Positions 29,431-45,014 are shown, counted from the stretch's first letter. The stretch is DNA of 64,000 nt from Eledone cirrhosa (GCA_964016885.1 OZ024740.1:10788001-10852000); one strand, 5' to 3'. Notes: generated by a model not told the origin, from the letters alone. Translations and numbers: made by a program.

Positions 29431-32400
29431 TAATCACTATTTAGTTGTGCCAACTAAGTAGAATATACTCGTTTGATGAGGTTTAATAAAACCGAAATAT
29501 GTCCCTTGTTTTTTACAATTTCACTAAATGATCAACCCATTCTCATATCCATTGTCTATATTTTGCATAATTTCAATAAATATATAAACGGGAGGAAACA
29601 CAGCGATAATCTCTGAGGATGTCACAGAAAATATGTGACAAAAGAACTTTCAGAAATTATATTTATATGTATATGTTTAGCTGTTGGTCAATCAATGATA
29701 AACATTGATTGCCAGCTAAATTATTTATAGAAATATAAAAATATACTGAAGTGAAAACCAAACCAAAGAGTGAGTGTGTTTTACTATATTTTGGCAATAT
29801 TAGGACAACATGACCCTCCCCAAATATAACAAAATCAATAAATGCTTTTCGAGTTATTTTCTATAATTCTTGTTTTTCGAATTTAAACACCCCTGTCGTC
29901 TGCTTGCATGGATTCATTTAGCTGATAGACGTTCTTCATCCCGTTTTCTACTTATATATATAACCAGCAATTTCTCTGTCTGTCTGTCCGACAGTGGAAA
30001 CACGTGCGTAGAGAGAGAGTGAGAGTGAAAGAAAGAGACAGACTACGAGAGGGGGATAGCGGGAGGGAGAGAGGGAGAGAGAGAGTGAATAGACGCTAAA
30101 ACACGTGCTACAGAAATATTACCTTCCCCTTCCTTTCTCCACTTTGGTACTACCAAGAGAAACACTGTCGCTATAGAAACATTACCTTCCCCTCTCCACT
30201 GACTTTGGTCACTGAGGCCGAGGGAATCGCTGGTTGCTATAGAGACACCTTGCACAAGCCAGAAGTAACCAGTTCGAGGCGGTTCTGACTTGACACCATG
30301 CGAAGAAGGTTGCCATTGAATTTGTGGTTTGAAGAAGGTTGCCATTGAATTTGTGGTTGTTGCTGCTGATAATAAAGACCATTTGAAGAAGGTTGCCATT
30401 GAATTTGTGGTTGTTGCTGCTGATAATAAGGACCATTTGAAGAAGGTTGCTGCTGATGAGGTAATTTATTAATCAGATTGCGCAGTTCCATAACCTACGT
30501 TTGATTTGTTCAATTTTTGTTGTTGTTTTTTTTTTATTTCTTATTGAAAAAATATAAATAATAAAATAAGGTTAGAAATTTAAATACAATTAAATACGAT
30601 TTAATTTCCATTTCCAGCAGCCAATGTCCAGTGTTCAATTTCATGAAAAAATTGGAAATAATTAAAAAAATTGAAGTTTAACTTATGAACATTTGTTTTG
30701 ACAATAAAAAAAATATTTCCTTATTCACACCTAATGGTATGATTAAAATTTCATAGGAATATTTTTTTCTAACCGCCAGTTATTTATTTTCTCCTTTTTC
30801 GTTTTAACATATATTTATTTCAAAGATTTCACCGTATAGATAACATATATATTTATACATGCATAAAAGACACACCGAGAGACGGTGAACATGTGGTGCC
30901 GAAAACATTTCTCATCCAAATCTCAACAATATCAGTATATACACTAGATTTGCTAGCAGAAAACCGCCCACCGGGTGGTTTTCTGCTAGTCTATATATAT
31001 AAAACTGAGGATGTCTGTCTGAGTGTGTGTGAGTTTGAATCCCTAAACTCGAGAACCACCCAACCGACTCTTTTCAAACTTTACACATATAATACTTATG
31101 TTTCAGGGAGTGTTCTGAGCAAAAAGAATTTCAAATTTTCATAGCCCTAGGGACTGCATTAGGCGATTTAGCGATCTCTCTCTATAATTCTTAGTCTTTC
31201 TCTTTTTAGATACATATAACGTCGCGCCCTTATAATATCTGTCTGTATGTCTGGCTGTCTGCATTACGTCACTTCTCTGAAGGTGTGTGTGAGGGGGGGG
31301 GGGGAAATCCCTAAAAGTTGAGAAATACCCAACTGATTATTTTCAAACTTTACATGTGTATTACTTATGTTTCAGGGAGTGTTATGCACCTAAAAAAATT
31401 CAACTTTTTGATCTCCTAGGGCCCACATTAGGTGAAAAACTGCGTTTTTTAACCTTTTTATGGTTTTTTTGAGGCGTTACGTCAGACCGATTCCCTTGAA
31501 ATTGTAACTATGTATTAGTCAGTCTCTTCTTCATACCGTGAGCAAAGAAAATCCAACTTTTTTTATGGCCTAGGTAAAAAACTTCATTTTTTCAGCTTTT
31601 TAGGGCTTTTCGGAGGCGTTACGTCTAGCCGATTTTCCCGAAATTTCAAGGCATATTATGCACATTAAAAGAAATTCATTTTCTTGATCCCCTAGGGCCC
31701 GCATTAGGTGAAAACCTGCATTTTTCCTGCTTCATCGAGGAAAATCTTAAAGATTATCCAGCCATCAGAGTATTCGGTTTATTTTCTTTACATATTGTCC
31801 AGGCATGCAGTTTTTCCCCGATTAGGTCTGTTGGCGGCCCGCCTTCCAAAATACCTTATCACGTGCAACGCCGGGTACCACTGTTAGTATTATATAAATG
31901 GTGGCAAATTGGCAGAGTCATTAGAACATCAGTGCTTTGTGGTATTTGTTTCAGCTCTCTGCTCTCTCAGTTCAAATCCCTCTGAGGTCAACTTTGCTTT
32001 TCATCCATTCGAGGTTGATAAAAAAAAGTACCAGTCAAGTACTGGGGTTGATTCTTCCTCTATATCTCTTCTCACTTCCATTCTCTCACTCTATTTTTCT
32101 CTGGAAGAAATCTGTTGTATTCAGACCTGGAGAAGAGATAGGCTCTGCCAGGTTTAAAAATGCCCTAGAAATGCCATATGTCTATACAGTGCTCCCTATG
32201 ACTCCCTCAGGAATTATGGGACCATGTATGTATATTACATAAACAAAGTTTAGTAGACTCGGTATTCAAAGAGATGGATAAGAGAATGACTAAAAAGCAG
32301 TAGATGCCACAGGGAGAGATGTATAATCTCTCAGGGGTTAAGCAAAATATAGAACATAATCTACAGGTTGTGATAATAGTAAAATAGAGTTGTGTAGAGA

Positions 32401-35400
32401 TTATTGCAGTAATAAGAGATATATGGCGAGGTGTAGTGACTATTGTAAAAACTGCAGACATCTTTAACCCTTTAGCATTTACATAAAGTTGTAGTGTGCG
32501 GGAGAGAAGACTGCGATGGTATGGACATGTGATGCGCATGGAGGATGACCGCTGGGTAAAGAAGTGCCAAGAAATGCCAGTTGAAGGAAGACGTAGTAGA
32601 GGAAGACCATGAAAAACATTGCTGAAGCTCACAGTGGAGATGACGAAGGACCATGCCAAGTGGAGAGATGCTGTGCTGAATAGGACTCATCCCACCCTTG
32701 CAAGCAGGGAAAAGCGGACGTAAAATGATGATGATGATGATGATGATTACTCTATATTTACTATTGTATTTTCACAATAAAGGCTTTACCTCACATAATT
32801 ATCTCACATGATATCGAATCTATGAGATTTTGATATTATTTATTTTGAGAACAATACCTAAAAATTAGTATGAGCGGACAGTTACAGCTGGTTTTAACAG
32901 AAAGAGGTGAGAGAATTCGGGCCAGATACAGCCTGTTTCAATGTGAAAGGGTTAAGAGTAAAACTATTATTGAAGGAACAAATGTGATGTATTTAGTGAA
33001 GTGAGGACTTTTATTGTATCATAAAAAGGTGTATAGAGTAATATAGTGACTGCTATGATAATAATCCTTTTTAACACTGAAGGAGAGGAAAGTCGATTAT
33101 ATCTTCTTCTTCTTCTTCTTCTTCTTCCTCGTATTCATGGGAGGATCTTGGGAGCAGATTCCTCAAACACTCTAACCAGCAGGTCCTGTCAGAAGCAACT
33201 GTCTCCAATAAATCCAGCTGGATTCTCCAACAAGACCAGCCAAGCTCATTGATTTTATCCAACCATCTTACTCTGAGTCTACCCCTGGGTCTCCTGCCAG
33301 TTCTCCAAACACAAATACTAGGGCATTCATATAGAGAAATCAGGGCAACAAGAAACTGTCCATCAATCCCGTACCCCTGCAGAACTTTCCACAGCAGGTC
33401 CCATGGAATGCACTCATATGCCTTTTTGAGGTTTACAAATCAAGTATACTCCTGTTGGCAGTACTCCCATGATTTATCAAAGTCAATTATATCAATTTCT
33501 TACTTAGACACAAGGCCAGCTTTTCAATGGTACTTTATTTTATCAACCTCGGAAGGATGAAAAGCACAGATAACTTTAGCGAGATTTCAAACCAGAAGCT
33601 AAAGGACCATTATGAAATATTGCAATGCATTTCAACACACTAATGATTCTGCTGTTGTTAAAGCAGAAGTGATAAAGGAGTTCCAACCATTATTGTAACA
33701 ATAGGAATCTTTTAGAATTCTTCCACTACATCATTTTTCTACAGAAGATCAAATTTAACACCACATCTTCAATCAATCATGACTGGAAATTGTCTGGAAA
33801 TGTCACAAGCATTGTTCTCTCCTTTTTAGGAATAATTAATACAAAATATATTCTCTAAAATTAAAATAGCAACTGAAATACATTATAAAGTGTTGAGAAA
33901 TTTTTATTTTCAATTAGTATTAAATCAAGAATTATTCTAGATATTATAAAATAATTTTAAGGACTTCTCATTTACTTTTATTGATATATTTACAGGGAAA
34001 TTGATGGCAACGTGACTGTAGGAGAAGTGAAAGAGAAATCAATTGCTAAAAACATTTTCAATGCTGCCATTCAACAAGGGCAAAGTGCTGGTCATGTTGA
34101 AGTCAAGTAATATATTATTTTCTTTTTATTTAATACTTCTTCCTGTCAGTACTTGAACCAAATCTTTAAAATATTTCACCTGTTTTTCTATTGTTTTCCA
34201 GACGTCGCAACTCAAATGTCTTTGATATATCTGTTAATGTTGTATCCCAAAAGTATATAGTTTACAACTTGACTTATCAAGAACTTCTGACACGACAGGC
34301 CCATAAATACAAGCACACAATTCATTTGTCTCATGGTAGTATTATTGATAAGTTTTTAGTGGAAGTTTACATTAGTGAACCTCAAGACATTATCAATTTG
34401 GCTGTATCAAAAATTACAAACGATAAATTAACAAATGTTACTGATGATGGAGGTAAGGAAAACATTTTTATTCTTTACTTTCTTAAATATTTCCTTATAA
34501 ACTTCCTAAACCAGTGTCTTGGTGTATTCTATTGTATAGGTGCATCGTGTCAAAAATACAGACTATTCTACTTCAAAGTTTCATTAGAAAATGTTAAATT
34601 ATTTTGATTCCTGGTTGAAAATAATCATTTCTTTACACAGTAAAGAATATAAAGTTGTTCCAAAAGAATTAAACAAAAATATAAACTATGAGTGAAATGG
34701 TAAAATAAGGATAAATCCTTATTTTACTAATTATTACTTAACATAACTGGAATTATTTGATGTGGCCTAATAATCATGAACCACAGTTAAAGACATTTCA
34801 CTTAGAAGAACAGTAATGTTTTTCAGGAATGCAGACTTCTACCATCCTTGAGTTCTGAGATGTCAGAAATAATATAAATATTATTAGGGAAGAAAACTCT
34901 AATTGCTTGTTTGTTTTGTCTTGAACTGTTTCAACTTCGCATCTGAAAAGAGGGTAATAGTCATGAAATATGCTAAAATACACTGTTTTTTTCTATTTGT
35001 TATCATTTGCCCTTTTTATTTTTCTACTGCATTCAACCAGCTTTGAAAATTATCAGTCTTTTACTACATATCTCATAATTCTTTGTATGAACTACACTAC
35101 TCTAAATATTATAGTTTCAATAAGACATTACCTGAAGCCTAATCTACCTTACAATGACTTATTACACTACAGCCATTTGCCTACCCTACAAAACATTACA
35201 TTATGATAGATCCCACCTCAGTAAATATTGCATCAACCTGTCCAAAGATAAATATTGTATTAGTCCACATTAAGCAGAGTTGTGTCTCAGTATAAATATT
35301 CCTCTGTCCGCCATTCAATATTTCACTATCCCACAATAATAAAACACTTCATCAAGTTACTATTAAATTCTTCCACTATATCCTACTACACCTACAATAG

Positions 35401-38400
35401 ATTATCTCACTGTTAACTTCATATATTATGCTGTTTCATACTAAATATTAAATACTTTCACAGTTACTTTCCTGTTGTCACTTAAGTAATATCTCACTGG
35501 ACTTAATAATTATGGAATAATACACATTCAGACACCAACATTCAATATATATATATATAAATACAGGTGAAGAGTTGGGCTGTGTGGTTACTGAAAACTA
35601 AAGGTTGGAAAGTAAACTGGACATAAACAAGAGAAGAAAAGTATCCCTTCATCAGCTGTTTACTACAGACCATAGATGTTTCGGTACTTAAAACAGAACA
35701 TCGATCTGTAGCGCGCCCATGGCCTTTTATCCATCAAAAGGCCATGATGGAAAGAAGTAATAATGAAGAGAGAGGAAGAAGAATAAAAAGGAAAAAAGGA
35801 AAAAACGAAGTAATCTTACCGACATAAGTTGGGACACAGAACAATGGCACATGTATGTAAAGTAACCGAAGAGAAAGTGGAATAAGTTATAGTCCGCTGA
35901 TGGATATAAGCCCGTTGACAGTGATAACAGTGGAGCAAGGTTTTTCCATGGCAATCTCAGTAAAGTGAAGGTAGAGAGAGAGAAAGACGGAGGAACTGGA
36001 AGTGAGAGGGGGTGTCTGTCTGTCTCTCTCTCTCTCTATCCACTTGGTTGTTTTCGGCCTGGTCACACGTGTCGTAAAACCCTTTTGGATTAACTCTTTT
36101 TCTCTTCTCCCCCTCTCTCTCTCTGTCCCTGTTACTCACCCCCTCTCACTTCCACTTCCTCCGTCTTTCTCTCTCTCTACCCTCACTTTACTGAGATTGC
36201 CATGGAAAAACCTTGCTCCACTGTTATCACTGTCAACGGGCTTATATCCATCAGCGGACTATAACTTATTCCACTTTCTCTTCGGTTACTTTACATACAT
36301 GTGCCATTGTTCTGTGTCCCAACTTATGTCGGTAAGATTACTTCGTTTTTTCCTTTTTTCCTTTTTATTCTTCTTCCTCTCTCTTCTTTATTACTTCTTT
36401 CCATCATGGCCTTTTGATGGATAAAAGGCCATGGGCGCGCTACAGATCGATGTTCTGTTTTAAGTGCCGAAACATCTATGGTCTGTAGTAAACAGCTGAT
36501 GAAGGGATACTTTTCTTCTCTTGTTTATGTCCAGTTTACTTTCCAACCCCATATATATATATATATATATAAGTGAGAAATTAGGAATAAGAGGGATCAG
36601 ATGCTGTTTACTTGAGAGAAAACTACGTTGGTATGGTCACATGATGCGCATGAAAGACGACAGCTGCATAAAAAAGTGTAGGGCGACCAAAATTGATGGT
36701 AGTTACGGAGTAGGTAGACCCAGAAAAACCTGGGATGATCTGATAAATTCCGACCTCACACTTACATCTCTCTAAGACAATGCCTCTGGACCGAGATCTT
36801 TGGCACTATGCAGTAATACAGAAGACCCGCCTATGTACAAAGCGAAACCTACAGTCAGTAGGCACCTCTTAACCAAATATACACCCCAATCCACTCCTAC
36901 CCTATCCTCCCACTCCCACCAACAGCACGAGAAAATGAGATTGAGATTGTGTAGGTGTCACGACAAAAAGCACACACAGTCCACACTGTAATGTGGCTGT
37001 GTAGGTAACACGGTAAAAAGTTTCCAGTTCCACACTGTAAATGTGGTTGGTGTTAGGAAGGGCATCCATCCGTAGAAAGCCTGCCAGATAGTCCTATGTG
37101 AGCGAGACACGGTCACCTGACCAGCCTTGTCTCAAGCGGGACAACTCCCGTCTAACCCATGCTAGCGTGGAAAATGGACGTTAAACGATGATGATGATGA
37201 TGATGATGATGATGATATATATATATTTTTTTCTTTAGGTCGTTTTGGAAGCCTCAACAAAGCAGATGGATAATTCTCCGGGTAACAAAATCCAGTGGTG
37301 GAGAGAGAGATGTAAGTGTAGAAGAACGTATGAAAGAGCGTAAAAATAAAAATAATAACACGAGATAGATACCTTGGGAGAGATTTAATTGTCCCTATAT
37401 ATTTCGGATTCACATCCATCAACTGGGGTTTTTTTTCGGGGGGGGGGGGGGGGCATGGTTGTCTGTCAGAAAGGTGCGAAACGTGTCCTCCGTTGTTCGT
37501 TGTTTTGAATATATTCAAAACAACGAACAGTAGAGGACACGTTTCGCACCTTTCCGACAGACAACCCCCCCCCCCCCCCAGTTGATGGATGTGAATCCGA
37601 AATATATAGGGACAATTAAATCCATCCCAAGGTAACTCTAGCTTGTGTTATTATTTTTATTTTTTACGCTCTTTCTTACGTTCTTCTACACACTATACAT
37701 CTCAATCTACATTCACTTACATCTCTCTCTTCACCACCGGATCTTGTTACCCGGAGATTTACCCATCTGCATTGTTGAGGCTTCCAAAACGACCTAAAGA
37801 AAATATATCTTATTATTCCACAATGCTTCAAGCAAATTTCAATACTCTCTTATATATATATATATATATGAGAAGATAAGGGATTTTTCACTTTATTGCA
37901 TTTATATGGAATGATTATATAAATAATAATGAAAGAACAGCTTACCAGATATTTTTTCTTAACGTGGTTAATGGAGTCATGTAATATAATTTTCTACATG
38001 TTAAATCCTCGAGTATGGTACAAGGTTCCAATTTTGTATAAAATATTGTAATAGGCAAGGAGTGAGGAGAAATTTAAAGAGAGATTTATTTGATTAAATA
38101 AATCTCTCTTCAAATTTCTCCTCACTCCTTGCCTATTTTTCCTATTACAATATTTTATATTTTATATACAATCATCATCATCAACATCGATTAACGTCTA
38201 TCTTCCACTCTTGCATGGATTAGACGGGTCCCATTTAGAGGCAAGTTGGGTTGGGTGACCGTGTCTCGCTCATGTAGGGGTGTTTCTAGTTGGTTTTCTA
38301 TGGCTGGATGCCCTTCCTAACTCCAACCACATTGACAGTGTGGGCTGAGAGCTTTTTGCCCTGTCTTTTACACTTCCACGTTTATTTTCAGAGCTAGATT

Positions 38401-41400
38401 TTGCTTCAAATGAATACATCAGTAGTAAAGAAGTTTACATCAAATACAACCCTAATCGTAAACAACAAGAAGAAATTTCAGAGTATGGTCCTGTAGGCTT
38501 GCTAAACGTGGAGTATGATGTGGATCGTAACAATAATTCTAATTTTATATATGTAAGATATTATTTTAAATCATCTTGTATTGTCGTTGGATTATTACAC
38601 TATAATTGCTTTAGGGTGTTTTTTTGGCATGTCTGCTAGTGTGAGGCAAATTGTTTTTGTGTGTGTGTTTTCTTTTTTGTTTCTTTGGTTTTGGGTGTCC
38701 CCTTCATCTTTACTTCGAGATGAGGAGGTACTAGTGTCTACATGACTCATCTATGTTCAGTATGGATGAGGAGGTACTAGTGTCTACATGACTCATCTAT
38801 GCTCAGTATGCATGAGGAGCTACCAGTGTCTACATGACTTATCTATGTTTAGTATGCATGAGGAGGTACTAGTGTCTACATGACTTATCTATGCTTAGTA
38901 TGGATGAGTCATGCAAAAGAAAAATAACATCATATTATATGAGGAATTTCAACTCAATATTCAAATGTACTAAAAGATGGCCGGTAAAGATTAAATCTAG
39001 AGAAGATATTTTTAAAAGCTGCTAGCTGTGCAATACAACGTACTCTTGATAGACATTCTGTCAATGTCAACATAACAAAACTACTAAACTAAAATCAACA
39101 TGAAAGATATTCACAGGAAAGTATAAAATATCATTACATGACCAAAAAGAAGAGGTGACAGAGAGAAGAACAAATAGTTATTGAGGAGGTCACAGAATGT
39201 GTTACAAAAAAACTTTCACAAACTAATAACTATTAATAAAACTGAAAATTGTATAGCATATGTGTTTTTATTGGTAAAATAACCAATACCAAATATAACA
39301 ATATAAAATATAAGTTTAACATGCTAAGTAGTTAAACTCTGATTGTTGTGTATAGGTGCAATATCGCAGGTTAAATCTTTGTGATGATATCTTTTCGATG
39401 TGAATTATTAAATCAAATCATCATTACTGTTCTATTTCTTCATTTATAGGCGGTTGATGGCTACTTTGTACACTTTTTTTCTAATGATTCCCTACCAAGC
39501 CTAAAAAAGGACGTTATATTTATGCTTGATATAAGTGGATCAATGTCTGGAGCAAAAATGGAACAATTAAAAGCAGCTATGGTAAATATAATTAATCAAC
39601 TTGATCCTGAACTTGATGAATTTCTTATTGGAATCTTCAATGGTAAAGTTTCATGGATAAAGCAATCATTTTTAAAAGCTAATGAAATTAACAAACAATT
39701 AGCTAAGAATTACATTGCCGAACTTAAAGCCAGAGGAGGTAAGTTAAAGTTTATATTTCTATTGTTTTGATTTCAGTTTCAAACCAGTGAGTTGAACATA
39801 TTTCTGGATATTATACATGATTATAACATGCCTTTACTAGATAAATTATTAATAACATATTTAGTTCCTAGAACATTAGGAAGGCAGAGGAGACATAGTC
39901 TACATGATTTCAAGACTTTCAGGAAAACCTGAATCCTCCTCCTCCTCCTCCTCCTCCTCCTCCTCCTTCTTCTTCTTCTTCTTCTTCTTCTTCTTCTTCT
40001 TCTTCTTCTTCTTCTTCTTCTTCTTCTTCAATCTTGCTCAGGGTCTGCTCCTGGATTTCCTACCGGCTGGTTTTGCCCATAAAATCTGCCCATAGTGTCA
40101 GAACTGGGATTTGTCAATTCGGAGAAGTAGTGGCTCTACCTGGAGTGACTCTCTGATCTCCAGAGAGTGGCTTCAGGTAGAGCTGCTCTTTATCAATTAA
40201 CGTTACTCCAAATAACCTTTAGGGGAGCCCCATTTATATTGCATGTTTTTGCAATTGGTCATTACCCAAGATTCATGACCATAGGTGAGGGTTTGCATGA
40301 ATACCAAATTAAAAGTATCGTGTTTGGCTTTTATGCCTACCTCCCTTCTTCTGATTACCGAATGCTGAATCTGGCACATTACTGCACCAGATCCTGCACT
40401 TGTGCTTAATTCAGCCTAATGCCTTCCATCACTCATAAAAACAGCCCTGAGGTACTTGAACTTCTCCACCTGCTTCAGTGGAACTCCATTCACAAGTGAG
40501 TGCACTGCACAGGCTTCCTTGAGAGGACAAGTGTCTCAGTTTTCACAGCACTGATTTTCATTTCAACCATGCAGTGCTCAGCCTCAAACCTATCAAATGC
40601 ATGTTGGAGATCAACTTCTGATAAGTTAAGAAGTACCATGTCATCTATAAATTCCAGTTGACTGATCCTACACCTGCCAGTCATGATATCACTTCCGACC
40701 CAGCTGCCCATGTCAACCCTGTTCATGAAAATTATAAACAGAAGAGGTGACAGTATGCACCTTTAGCAGAATCCAACACCCACATTGAATAGTTTCGATT
40801 TAGCACCATTTATCCAAACACAAATACTAGGGAATTCATATAGAGACATCAGGGCAACATGAAGCTTCTACAGTAGGTCCCGAGGAATACGATCGTATGT
40901 CTTTTCAATGTCTACAAATCGAGTATACACCTCTTGGCAATACTCCCATGATTTCTCCAAGACCTGCCACAGTGTAAATATTTGGCCGGCTGTGCTACTT
41001 CCAGGGTGAAAACCGCACTTGTTCATCAGTTAGCTTGGACTTGACACTCTTCCTTCATCTCTTTGCCAAACACTTAGCATAGACTTTACTGGGGGATCTT
41101 AACAAGGAGTCCCTCTGTAATTGGAACAATCTTTTTGAAAATTTGGTTTATCACTCTTGGTTGCCATTGCTTAAGTGCCTTTCCAGAGATCAAGGCCAAC
41201 TGGCACACATGAGTCAGCCAGAAAATACCTTCTCTATTTAAGGCTTTTAACATCTTGGGTCGAATATCACCTTCCTCAGTGGCCTTGCCACATTTAAGTT
41301 CTTTAATTGTTCTTGTGACTTCAGCCTCTGAGAGATTAGTCATCACTCCTAGATGCATCTCATTTACATCCGAAGATGCTGTTGTGGCTGGGTTTAGGAG

Positions 41401-44400
41401 ATCAGCAAAGTATTCTCTCCAGAAGAGAGAACCCCAGGCATGTTTTTGATAGCAGATATGGAGGAGGGCTTCTTATTACCAAGTCGGTGGATGGTCTGCC
41501 AGAAAACTTTATTTGCTGATCTGAAATCAGATTCCCACTTAATCCCAAAGTCCTCCCATGTCTTAACTGTGGACATCTTTACTGTCTCTGCTGCAGCTTT
41601 TTGCACCTGCTTGTACCTAAGTGCAAGAATGAGGACTTATATCCAAGCCAAGATTTGTAGGCCTCCTTCCTTGCTCGGATGGCAATTTTAACCTCTTGAT
41701 TGAACCAAGGGGTCCTCCTGCCACCTGGTGCCACAACAAGCCACTTTAGCCCACTGCATTTAACAGCTGATGTAGAAACTGCCGATTTAAACATTTTACA
41801 CTCTGTCTCAATGCCCTCAATTTGCGCAGGGAGTTCTCTGAGCATATTATAAGAAACTCGCTACTTATCAGCTTAGCCAGCTTGTTTCCTGTTTTACATA
41901 TTATATTAAGAAGGGCATCCAGCTGTAGAAACCAAGCCAAAATCAGTTCTGTATGGTCACCTGACCTTGCATTGCCCACAACAGGACAACCTGTTCAACC
42001 CATGCTAGCATGGAAAAATTGATGTAAAACAGTGATGATGATGATTATATATAATGTGTTGATGTGAATTATTGCACATACTTCTCTTTCCTTCTACCAT
42101 TAAATTCAACTTTTTTTCGTGTTAAAAGATTTCACTGTTTTTAAATTTTGAATATACATGTGTGCTTCTTTCTCACACTTGTACTCATTTTTTGTAATCT
42201 TTTCTTTGTACAACCACTTCGTTATATATTAATTAAGTATTTTCATTTTACTGTTATTTTAGGTACAAACATCAATTCTGCTCTTTTGGAAAGTATAAAG
42301 AAACATTCACAAGCTTTAACCTATAGAAAGAAAAGAATCATAATATTCCTCACTGATGGCAAACCAACTAATGGAGAAAGGAACGTGGATCTTATTAAGA
42401 GAAATATAAAATATGCCAATAAAGATATTTCACTATTTACTCTAGGTTTTGGAGAAGACTGTGACAGCAAATTTCTACGTGTGATTGCCACTGAAAATGG
42501 TGGTTTTAATAGGAAGATCTATGTAGACACTGATAGTAAACTTCAAATTAAGAATCTATATGAAGAAATATCTAACATCTTATTAAAAGATATATCAATA
42601 AAATACTTGAATAGAACTAATATTACTAGCTCTACATCATTTAGTAGTTATTTTGAAGGTTCTGAACTAGTTGTTGCTGGAGTCTTATCAAATGAAAACC
42701 TGGTGACTATGAGTATAGCTTTATCAAAGACAGACCAAATGGGAAATGGTACAGATTTTTTAAAAGTGCCCATCACTAATGAGGAATTGAATATGTGGGA
42801 GGACGAGTATAAAAACCCTGGTTTCACTACTTTTCAGTCATTTTCTGAAATTACTAAAAAGACGTATGTTTACCTCACATTGAAAGAACTTCTTAAAAAA
42901 AGTAGCACTCCACAAGTAACTAATCGTATTATCAATTTAGCTCTTAAGGTGAGTGAAAATGAAGCTCTTATGAATTATATTTTAATTGTAGTATATTAAA
43001 AATATCTCATTTGTTTTAGTTACAATATAACTTCTAAAGTTTAATAGTTTAAAATCTTATGAACAATGATGCCTCCTTAACAAATACAAATTTCTACATA
43101 TTATATTTGTATCTACCTAACCTTGATATTAAAGAAAGTTCAAAAGATCTAAATATATTTAAGTCTTGTTCACAGCATAAATGATATGGTATACCTGTAC
43201 GTTGATAATGATGAGATTCATCACAATTTCCAAGTTGGGTCAATTTAAATAATATGAAATTTCTATATAAACCCTTATTATTTTGCTTGGTTGTGATGAA
43301 TCTAATGCATTTAGACTTCTGGTGGCCTTGGCCCTAGGACCACCTCCCTACTTACCACCATCAGCACCCAGTAGCAGTGGAGATTTCTAGTGTTCTTGGC
43401 CCACCTTCCTATTCCTTAAGCAGAAATTGAATATATATAGAAACAAGATGGTATTTATTGTCTTGATACCAGTATATCATATAAGTGAAGGTGGCTTAGT
43501 GGTTAGAGCATTGGGCTTACAATCACGAAATTGTCACTTTGATTCTCCAACCAGGCTTTGCATTGTGTTCTTGAGCAAGACACTTTATTTCACGTTGCTC
43601 CAGTTCACTCCGCTGTAAAAACGAGTTGCAATGTCACTGGTGCCAAGCTGTATCAGCCATTACCTTTCCCTTGGACAACAACATAGGTGGCATGGAGAGG
43701 GGAGAGTGGTATGTATGGGTGACTGCTGGTCTTCCACAAATAACCTTGCCTGGACTTGTTACTCGGAGAGGAACTGTCTAGGAGCAAATCCCATGGTCAT
43801 TCATGACCGAAGTTGGGGTCTTTACCCTTTTACCAGCATATCAGCGATAATTTTCTCATAATACACTGAGAAGAAAAGTAGAGTAGACTATGATTCAATT
43901 TGAATTTTAAACAAAGATGGATAAAGCTAAATACAATGAATCTGTCATTCTACTCTCTTTTACACAGCTTTTAAACCTTATTTATTAACATCTAAATTGT
44001 ACAAACAAAGAAAACATGAGATCAATAATTCAGAATTCAAATTATGTCAAATATTTTTATTTATTGCTTTAATTCAAATATTTTTATTTATTTATTTAAT
44101 TCCAACATATTTCAAAAAAAAATTTTTTTCTTTTACTAAACATTAATACTCTTTGTTTTGACAGTATAATTTTGTAACTCCATTAACATCAATGGTTGTC
44201 ACCAATTCCAAAGTTAAAGAGGAACATTTCGAAGAAGGTAATTTTATACTTCATACTGCTTTAATCCATGTTGCTAACAATTAAATTGAAACTATAGTCA
44301 TATCATTTAATTTTTCATGCTTTTGTTTTTGCCATGAATAGTTTATCTCATTAAGTCAAAAACTATATTTGACGTCACATATACCTTTATCACTCAAAAT

Positions 44401-44979
44401 CATGTTTTTTATGTAGACATATATGAAGAATATTTTCCATTGTCTAGTTGCTTCATTAGATATGTACATCTTCATGTTAATCTGACAAATTTATAACTTA
44501 TATATATATATAGTAATAATAATAAATTTGAAGACTAAAATCCAAAGAGGGCTCGATAAGGATAAATATATATCAAATATATAAGAACCGTAGAGCAAAT
44601 ATTTATCAAAAAGGGGAGTAAGGTTCTACACAAAATAGGGGTTATAGAGAAAAGGTGGAATTGGAAATAGCACGGAAAATATATTTAAGGGTCTGTTTTT
44701 CTTTTTTTTCTTCTTTGATTTGCCAAAGTAACATTATTTAAAAAATGAAAGGAACAATTCTTTAAAAAAAAAGAAGTTTTATAATGTATATAAAGTTTTG
44801 ATGTATCAGTGTAAACCATCTTATCAAATGTTGAATTAAAAAGGATTAAAAAGAATAAAAAATAAAAAATTTTAAGTTAAGTGTTGAAAAGGTCTGTTCA
44901 TCTTTCTTGTTGTGAAGGAGACTGGGTCTAAAATAGAGCCTTATATATTTATAGAGAGAGAGGTAGTCATAGTAGTAGT

Positions 44980-45014
<35 letters not shown>

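Noticed and set aside
44417-44446. Possible extra 30-nt phase-1 exon ([10 protein letters not shown]) after atgtAG
   Set aside because: Frame-compatible, but the donor GTTGCT is weak; cannot be supported without RNA data.
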